Below, in pieces: positions 58,199 to 64,000 of a DNA stretch of 64,000 bases; position 1 is the stretch's first letter, and every line of letters starts with the position of its first letter. The stretch is from Desulfobacterales bacterium (GTDB lineage: Bacteria; Desulfobacterota; Desulfobacteria; Desulfobacterales; JAFDDL01): the NCBI GenBank assembly GCA_040235505.1, contig JBECKW010000059.1, positions 45,019-109,018 on the forward strand, in the 5' to 3' direction. Under the pieces are notes generated by a model. That model saw nothing but the letters and a program-made list of their open reading frames with translations, made no database searches and was not told where the DNA came from. The position numbers were made by a program, and so were the translations under genes.

Positions 58199-58720
58199 AT
58201 GAATATTTTTCTTATTGGTTATCGGTGCACCGGTAAAACTTCAGTCGGAAGACGTGTCGCCCAACAACTTGGTTGGAAATTCATTGACATGGATGTTCTG
58301 CTGACGGAGACCAGCGGGGAAACCATCAGCGAAATTGTCTCCAGGGGCGGATGGCCTCTTTTCAGAAAAATGGAAAAGCAAGTTCTGGAAACGATCTGCA
58401 ATGGAGAAAACCAGGTGATTGCAACAGGCGGCGGAGTCGTGGTCGACAAAGAGAATATCGATCTGATGAAGAGGAGCGGAATCCTTTTTTGGCTGCGAGC
58501 AACCCCGGAAACGATCCTGAAAAGAATGACTGAAGATGTCCAAACTAAAAAGATGAGACCGTCTCTGACGGATCGTAAATTAAAAGATGAGATAGAAGAA
58601 ACACTGAAGGAAAGATATCCTCTGTATCGAACTGCCATGACCGCGGATTTCGATACGGAAGAAAAGACCATGCAGGAAGTATCAGAGGAAATTATCAGGC
58701 GCCTTAAGCACATGGGATGA
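58199..58720 (+). CDS. aroK: shikimate kinase
   Basis: ATG 58199 follows the aroA stop by 1 nt. MNIFLIGYRCTGKTSVGR (Walker A), TGGGVV. Confidence 0.9.
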   Translation: MNIFLIGYRCTGKTSVGRRVAQQLGWKFIDMDVLLTETSGETISEIVSRGGWPLFRKMEKQVLETICNGENQVIATGGGVVVDKENIDLMKRSGILFWLRATPETILKRMTEDVQTKKMRPSLTDRKLKDEIEETLKERYPLYRTAMTADFDTEEKTMQEVSEEIIRRLKHMG

Positions 58721-58780
58721 GATTAATATCTTTGATCTGCAACCCGGTGACGAAAAAATGTAGATATCGGAATAAATTTC

Positions 58781-58809
58781 TTGACATTGCTGCACTGAAC
58801 TATTACATT
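58781..58809 (+). promoter_or_regulatory. sigma-70-like promoter TTGACA-N17-TACATT upstream of the comEA-like gene
   Basis: Hexamers read directly. Implies a 5' UTR of about 200 nt. Confidence 0.35.
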
Positions 58810-59013
58810 GCTCTCATCTCTTCGGTGGAACCGCTTTTAACAGACACACCTTTTAGCAACAGCTATTCCCTTTGTTCCCTTTAAGTCGGTCGATTGATCG
58901 TCAGTTGCCCCGACGCAAATTATTCTAAAACCCACCGAAAAACACATCGAATTCCACCCCCTGAGGACGTTTACGATCGATGTGCAAACTTTTTAAATGA
59001 AAGGAAAGCAGAG

Positions 59014-59316
59014 ATGAAAAAAATCAGATTTACTGTTGCACTCATTATGATGTTTGCATTCGTGTCAGGTTATGTAATCTCGATATATGCTGCCTCTGAT
59101 AAAGTGAATATCAATACGGCCACCCAGGAAGAATTAATGCAACTTGAAGGCATTGGCAGCGCCTATGCCCAGAAGATAATCGAGTACCGCGAAGCGAACG
59201 GGCCGTTTCAAAAACCCGAAGATATAATGAATGTCAAAGGGGTGGGAGAGGCAACTTTTGAAAAAAATAAAGATAGGATAACCGTTGTCAAAGCAGGAGA
59301 AGACGAGTCGAAATAA
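59014..59316 (+). CDS. ComEA-like helix-hairpin-helix DNA-binding protein (secreted/anchored)
   Basis: ATG 59014 with AAAGGAAAG upstream. Signal/anchor. KVNINTATQEELMQLEGIGSAYAQKIIEYR...NVKGVG (HhH motifs). Confidence 0.8.
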   Translation: MKKIRFTVALIMMFAFVSGYVISIYAASDKVNINTATQEELMQLEGIGSAYAQKIIEYREANGPFQKPEDIMNVKGVGEATFEKNKDRITVVKAGEDESK

Positions 59317-59346
59317 ATTTGTTACACACGATGATGACATTGATCC

Positions 59347-59371
59347 ATCCACAGGGGGTGGATTTTTTTTT
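59347..59371 (+). terminator. rho-independent terminator after the comEA-like gene
   Basis: ATCCAC-AGGGG-GTGGAT followed by T8. Confidence 0.65.
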
Positions 59372-59484
59372 AAGCGATATTTTAATCAGTTATGAGGAAG
59401 TTTTTGCACTTGACAGCTTCGTGGAATTATGGTCATTTTTTTTAAAATTTTGGAAAAAACCAGCTCGGAATTCTGTCAAAGAAT

Positions 59485-60006
59485 ATGGAGATCAGCTTGA
59501 AAAGAATCAAAGAATGCCTGATGCTCATTATTTTATCAAGCGTTTGTGCGCTGCTCTATAACACACTTTCACCAGAGGGTATCGCCCTCGTTGGAGAATG
59601 GGATACATCAAAAGGGGTTGTTTCGGCCGTGGCCAAGAACGATCCTGTGGTCCATGGTCTAGAAATTGACAGTGTACAAACCGCAAAAGAAATTTACGAC
59701 AGCGGACAAGCCGTTTTCGTCGATGCCCGGTCCCAGGAAGCCTTTGATGGGGGTCATATCCGGGGCGCGGTCTCACTGCCGGTTTACTCATTCGAAGACA
59801 AGATAGAGCAGTTCTATAAAGCCTATCCGCCCTCAACTTATATTATAACCTACTGTTCCGGAAGAGAGTGCCAGGACAGCCATGAACTCGCACAACTCCT
59901 CATTCAAATCGGGTATACCCACGTCCGCGTGTATATTGATGGGTTTCCGGTGTGGCAGAAAAATGGCTTCCCAGTGGTAAAATCATCGACGGAGAAGGGT
60001 GAATAA
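59485..60006 (+). CDS. membrane-anchored rhodanese-domain protein
   Basis: N-terminal TM. FVDARSQEAFDGGHIRGA and active-site loop YCSGRECQDS. Confidence 0.8.
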   Translation: MEISLKRIKECLMLIILSSVCALLYNTLSPEGIALVGEWDTSKGVVSAVAKNDPVVHGLEIDSVQTAKEIYDSGQAVFVDARSQEAFDGGHIRGAVSLPVYSFEDKIEQFYKAYPPSTYIITYCSGRECQDSHELAQLLIQIGYTHVRVYIDGFPVWQKNGFPVVKSSTEKGE

Positions 60007-60454
60007 TATGGAAAGCATCTCTAAAGTCATCTGGATTGAACGTTTATTGCGCTGGTTTCTCGGTATAACGTTCATATACGCCAGTATCCATAAGATCATC
60101 GATCCGGCCGAGTTTGCAAAAATAATCTATGGCTACGGACTATTCCCTCATTTTGCAATCAATATGATTGCCATCATTCTTCCCTTTGTCGAGTTGGTAA
60201 CTGGGCTGTTCCTTCTTTTCGGAATATATCCCAAAGCTGCCGCAACAATTATCGGCGTCTTGCTGGTGACGTTTATCCTGGCGGTCACCATTAACCTGCT
60301 TAGGGGATACGAGTTCGATTGCGGTTGCTTTTCTTTCAATAAAAACGATACATTGTCTGGGAGATATTTCCTGCTGGTTCGCGACATTATTTTTTTAATG
60401 ATCTGCCTGTACCTGTTGCGTTTCAAGGTGAAACGACATGAGGAAAATAAATAA
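59999..60454 (+). CDS. MauE/DoxX-family membrane protein
   Basis: 4-TM profile. LLRWFLGITFIYASIHKIIDPAEFA and a CGC motif. 8-nt overlap with the rhodanese gene, a commonly seen pairing. Confidence 0.7.
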   Translation: MNNMESISKVIWIERLLRWFLGITFIYASIHKIIDPAEFAKIIYGYGLFPHFAINMIAIILPFVELVTGLFLLFGIYPKAAATIIGVLLVTFILAVTINLLRGYEFDCGCFSFNKNDTLSGRYFLLVRDIIFLMICLYLLRFKVKRHEENK

Positions 60455-61711
60455 GTGACTGAATATAAAGATAATAAAGTTTTTCAACTTCTTGAAAAGG
60501 GGGCCTTGATTCATAGCCCCGACAGCGTGAGCATTGCGGATGATGTTGATATCAATCGAATCTCGGGAAACGGTGTCGTCATCCATGGAGGATGCAGGCT
60601 TCGCGGCGCATCCACTTCAATTTGTCGGGGCGCCGTCATCGGGGATGAGGGACCGGTTACCATCGAAAACTGCCAGATCGGACCCGGCGTAAACCTTAAA
60701 GGCGGGTATTTCAAAGAATCTGTATTTTTAAAAAATGCCGCCATGGGATCGGGGGCACATGTAAGGGAAGGAACGATTCTTGAGGAGTGGGCCAGCGGCG
60801 CGCATTCGGTGGGGTTCAAACAGACCATCTTATTCCCGTATGTCACGGTGGGCAGCCTGGTTAACTTTTGCGACTGTCTGATGGCAGGCGGGACCGGGAA
60901 AAAAAACCATAGTGAAGTGGGAAGCTCCTACATACATTTCAATTTCACACCTAATCAGGATAAAGCGGCCGCGTCTTTGATCGGTGACGTCCCTTTCGGT
61001 GTGTTTCTTGACCAGCCTCCAATTTTCCTGGGGGGGCAGGGCGGGCTTGTAGGACCGTCCAGACTGGCCTTTGGAACGGTGATCGCTGCCGGTTCAATAT
61101 ACAGAAAGGATGAACTAAGGCCCGGGCGTCTTATTTCAGCCGGTGAGGGCCGACCTGTCAACATTCCCTATTCAACCGGTATCTACAGAAATATCAAGCG
61201 GATAGTAAAAAATAACATTCTGTATGTCGCCAACTTGCTGGCACTGCAGCAGTGGTATCAATATGCAAGGGAGGAATTTGTTTCTGAAGAATTTCCCCAA
61301 TTGCTTTTGGACGGTCTAAGGGAAAAAGTATCGATGGGAATCCATGAACGGCTGAAGCGGTTGAGGGAATTTTCCGAAAAGCTTCCGGAATCTGCAGATA
61401 AATACAGCGAGCAAATGCAAGAGAAGGCTTCTTCCAAGTTGCTCTTTCAACTATCTGAATTTCAAGAAAAATGGTTGGAAATTGAATATGCTTTGGCCGG
61501 GGGAGCAGGGGAGGGGGATTTTCTCAGATACCGGGAACTGTTTCTTTCAAAGCTTGCGGCCCAGATAAATGATTACGGACAAGATTACCTTACGGTGATC
61601 AAATCGCTGCAAAGCGATGTTGTCTCCCAGGGGGGGCTTTGGCTCCAGGGGATTGTGGATGAGGTCTCCCGAAGATCCTTCGAGATGTTGCCGAATTGCG
61701 GATTGATATAA
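60455..61711 (+). CDS. left-handed beta-helix (hexapeptide) protein resembling the GlmU C-terminal acetyltransferase domain, plus a helical domain of about 180 aa and unknown function
   Basis: GTG start directly after the upstream stop. AHVREGTILEEWASGAHSVGFKQTIL...GSSYIHFNFTPNQDK...FLGGQGGLVGPSRLAFGTVIAAGS parallels the GlmU LbH region. No nucleotidyltransferase domain. Confidence 0.55.
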   Translation: MTEYKDNKVFQLLEKGALIHSPDSVSIADDVDINRISGNGVVIHGGCRLRGASTSICRGAVIGDEGPVTIENCQIGPGVNLKGGYFKESVFLKNAAMGSGAHVREGTILEEWASGAHSVGFKQTILFPYVTVGSLVNFCDCLMAGGTGKKNHSEVGSSYIHFNFTPNQDKAAASLIGDVPFGVFLDQPPIFLGGQGGLVGPSRLAFGTVIAAGSIYRKDELRPGRLISAGEGRPVNIPYSTGIYRNIKRIVKNNILYVANLLALQQWYQYAREEFVSEEFPQLLLDGLREKVSMGIHERLKRLREFSEKLPESADKYSEQMQEKASSKLLFQLSEFQEKWLEIEYALAGGAGEGDFLRYRELFLSKLAAQINDYGQDYLTVIKSLQSDVVSQGGLWLQGIVDEVSRRSFEMLPNCGLI

Positions 61712-61764
61712 TAATTAACTAATAATACAAGTACTTATACAAAATAAACTACAGGACGATTTCG

Positions 61765-63132
61765 ATGGCGAGAAATCTGTTTGGGACAGATGGAATCCGG
61801 GGAGTAGCAAATGAATACCCCATGACGGTTGAAATGGCAGTTTCGGTGGGAAAAGCCGTGGCCGCCTTTTTCAGCACGAACGGCCGCCCAAACAGCATCA
61901 TCATCGGCAAAGATACGCGAATGTCGGGAGACATGCTCACAGCGGCACTGGCGGCCGGTGTATGCGCCATGGGATCCGATGCCGTCCTGGTTGGGTGTAT
62001 GCCGACTCCCGCGATTGCATACCTCACGCGATCTTCCAAAGCCGGAGCCGGTGTCGTCGTTTCTGCGTCCCACAACCCCTTTCAAGATAACGGTATCAAG
62101 GTGTTCGGGCCCAATGGATATAAGCTTTCGGAACAGGCGGAATCCGAACTGGAAATGAGCCTGCTTGAAAACGATTGGGAACGCTTTTGCAGCGAAATTC
62201 GAGAGCCCGGAATCATTGAGCTGCAAGAAGATTCCGAAGAGCGTTACATTTCTTTTTTATTAAAAATCCTGCCCGAAAATTTTTCTTTAAAAGATACGCG
62301 GGTTGTCATTGATTGTGCCAACGGTGCAACCCACATCATTGCCCCTCTGATATTCGAAAAGCTAGGCGCTGAGACGATCGTGTTGTTTAATTCACCGAAT
62401 GGTACCAACATCAATGAAAAATGTGGATCTCAGCACCCGGAGTCACTTGCGAAAAAGGTTCTTGAAACCGGAAGTGCAATCGGTCTTGCTTTTGACGGTG
62501 ACGGAGACCGCTTGATCGCGGTGGATGAGAAGGGGGAAGTTCTCACGGGTGACCAGATCATCGCAATTTTCGGAAAGTGGATGCATGCCAGGGGCGAATT
62601 AAAGAAAAATCAGGTGGTTACTACCGTGATGAGCAACCTGGGACTGAAGCAATCTTTGGAACAGATGGGCATCGAACACCTTGAAGCAGGGGTCGGTGAC
62701 CGGTTTGTGCTGGAAAAGATGATCGCCACAGGGTCTATCCTGGGGGGCGAAGATTCGGGCCATATGATTTTTTTAAACCATCATACCACCGGAGACGGAA
62801 TCCTTGCCGCGCTTCAGCTGCTTTGTGTCATGCTTGAAAGCAAATTGCCGTTGTCTGAACTGAAAACTGTCATGAACATCTGTCCACAGGTGCTGATAAA
62901 TGTTCCCGTGACAAAAAAACCGAATCTTGATTCTGTACCCGAAATACTGAGGGTGATACAGGACAGCGAACATGACCTTGGTTCATCGGGCAGGGTATTG
63001 GTTCGATATTCGGGGACGGAACCGATCTGCAGAGTAATGGTGGAAGGCCCCACGCCTGCTGAAACGGAGGCTTACTGCAATAAAATAGCCGATATTATTC
63101 AGGAAACCATTGGAGAAAAAACAGAAAGATAG
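61765..63132 (+). CDS. glmM: phosphoglucosamine mutase
   Basis: LFGTDGIRG, SASHNPFQDNGIK (active-site Ser), FDGDGDR, GGEDSGH. Confidence 0.95.
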   Translation: MARNLFGTDGIRGVANEYPMTVEMAVSVGKAVAAFFSTNGRPNSIIIGKDTRMSGDMLTAALAAGVCAMGSDAVLVGCMPTPAIAYLTRSSKAGAGVVVSASHNPFQDNGIKVFGPNGYKLSEQAESELEMSLLENDWERFCSEIREPGIIELQEDSEERYISFLLKILPENFSLKDTRVVIDCANGATHIIAPLIFEKLGAETIVLFNSPNGTNINEKCGSQHPESLAKKVLETGSAIGLAFDGDGDRLIAVDEKGEVLTGDQIIAIFGKWMHARGELKKNQVVTTVMSNLGLKQSLEQMGIEHLEAGVGDRFVLEKMIATGSILGGEDSGHMIFLNHHTTGDGILAALQLLCVMLESKLPLSELKTVMNICPQVLINVPVTKKPNLDSVPEILRVIQDSEHDLGSSGRVLVRYSGTEPICRVMVEGPTPAETEAYCNKIADIIQETIGEKTER

Positions 63133-63147
63133 CAATTCACCAAAACG

Positions 63148-63189
63148 TGCGCCCGTTTGGAGATGGTTTATCCGAACGGGCGCATTTTT
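63148..63189. terminator. bidirectional rho-independent terminator between glmM and the BI-1 gene
   Basis: TGCGCCCGTTTGGA ... TCCGAACGGGCGCA stem (14 bp including one G-U) followed by T5. Confidence 0.8.
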
Positions 63190-63194
63190 ATCTA

Positions 63195-63905
63195 TCAGTT
63201 TCTGCTGGAGCCACCAAATATTCTAAGGAGAAAAAGGAACAGGTTTATGAAATCCAGGTAAAGCGCCAATGCTCCGATAATTGCGCCTTTTCTTACGACG
63301 GCAGCAGATGTCCCTGAAGGTTGGGTCATGGCCATATGTTTCAGTTTTTGGGTGTCGTAGGCGGTGAGACCCACAAATACAATCACACCTATATAACTGA
63401 TGATCATACTCATGCCGTAGCTTCCGATGAAAATGTTGACCACGGAAGCGATGATAATGCCAATCAGCCCCATGAACATGAAACTGCCCAATCCGGTCAA
63501 ATCCCGCTTGGTGTTCATGCCGTAGATGCTGCAGGCCAAGAAGGTGGCTGCGCAGATAAAAAACGTTGAGCTGATTGCTGGAAGCCTATATACAATAAAG
63601 ATAGAGGATAAAACAACGCCATTTAGACCGGCATAGAGAATAAACAATTTTGTGGCCGTGGACGCTTTCATTTTGCCGATACGCGCGACCAGGGAAATGA
63701 CAAGAACCAATTCTGCGATAAAAAGCACAATCATCAGCATTGGATTGCCGAAAACGATGTTTTTTAAGGAGGTGCTGGCAACCACATAGGCAATAAAACC
63801 GGTTATTGCAAGACCAAGGGTCATCCAGTTATAAACGCTTCTAATGAATGAATTTATACGAACCTGAGATTGAGTTTGAGAATATTGTAGTGGAACTGTT
63901 TGCAT
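63195..63905 (-). CDS. Bax inhibitor-1 / YccA family membrane protein
   Basis: 7-TM profile. N-terminal FIRSVYNWMTLGLAITG and C-terminal LYLDFINLFLFLLR are typical of the family. Confidence 0.85.
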   Translation of the reverse strand: MQTVPLQYSQTQSQVRINSFIRSVYNWMTLGLAITGFIAYVVASTSLKNIVFGNPMLMIVLFIAELVLVISLVARIGKMKASTATKLFILYAGLNGVVLSSIFIVYRLPAISSTFFICAATFLACSIYGMNTKRDLTGLGSFMFMGLIGIIIASVVNIFIGSYGMSMIISYIGVIVFVGLTAYDTQKLKHMAMTQPSGTSAAVVRKGAIIGALALYLDFINLFLFLLRIFGGSSRN

Positions 63906-64000
63906 TTCTGATCCTCCAGAGTGTATGGAATGTTTTTAAACTAATATAGCACACATTTTGGGGCAGTCAACAAGGGTTGGGCATAATGAGTCCGGAGCAA

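Noticed and set aside
58810-59013. Possible c-di-GMP (GEMM-I) riboswitch in the long comEA-like 5' UTR, prompted by a GACGCAAA motif
   Set aside because: The rest of the GEMM-I consensus is not present (GGCAAACC, the tetraloop/receptor, and P1/P2 pairing after ACGCAAAGCC).
59319-59561. 80-aa ORF between the comEA-like and rhodanese genes
   Set aside because: It runs through the comEA terminator hairpin and T-run and overlaps the rhodanese start. It has no SD.
1-64000. tRNA, rRNA, CRISPR arrays, IS elements and integrases
   Set aside because: I scanned the intergenic regions for T-loop-like GGTTCGAATCC motifs, spaced direct repeats, terminal inverted repeats and transposase or integrase motifs. 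None was found.

Overview
This window reads as core chromosome from an anaerobic Gram-negative bacterium. The gene content (formate-THF ligase, TRAP transporter, sigma-54-type promoters, archaeal-type ADH synthase and DHQ synthase II) suggests a Desulfobacterota-like (deltaproteobacterial) lineage; that assignment is inference only. I support about 55 protein-coding genes. They cover cell-envelope functions (mepK-like peptidase, L,D-transpeptidase, Lpp-like lipoprotein, SLT, M23 peptidase, lspA, lgt, glmM), C1 and cofactor metabolism (fhs, folD, lipB, lipA), translation and protein fate (ileS, efp, secA, clpS, clpA, aat, uup), arginine genes (argC, argD), guaA, pyk, galE, manA, transporters (two ABC exporter half-transporter genes, one MFS, one TRAP system), a two-subunit CoA-transferase, and a six-gene aromatic amino acid operon. 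I found no rRNA, tRNA, CRISPR array, intact mobile element or recognisable defence island. The strongest signal missing from the ORF track is a 26-codon mini-ORF at 52827-52907 (MYRFFSGSYFYFSFFWRFYAQDPPGM, 12 of 26 residues aromatic). It is followed by two tandem intrinsic terminators whose arms can re-pair, and it sits directly upstream of the aro operon. That operon opens with ADH synthase and DHQ synthase II rather than DAHP synthase and AroB. I read this as a candidate ribosome-mediated Phe/Tyr/Trp attenuator. Other observations: a mepK / L,D-transpeptidase / Lpp-like (C-terminal Lys) envelope module; lipA has no ATG/GTG/TTG start upstream of its essential Cys motifs; two gene relics (group II intron-type RT, wrbA); sigma-54-type promoters; a strong terminator-like palindrome inside the nominal argD 5' end; three exact 10-bp tandem repeats before folD; and a GlmU-C-terminal-like beta-helix protein lacking the uridyltransferase domain next to glmM. 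All function calls rest on motif recognition by eye, with no database search.
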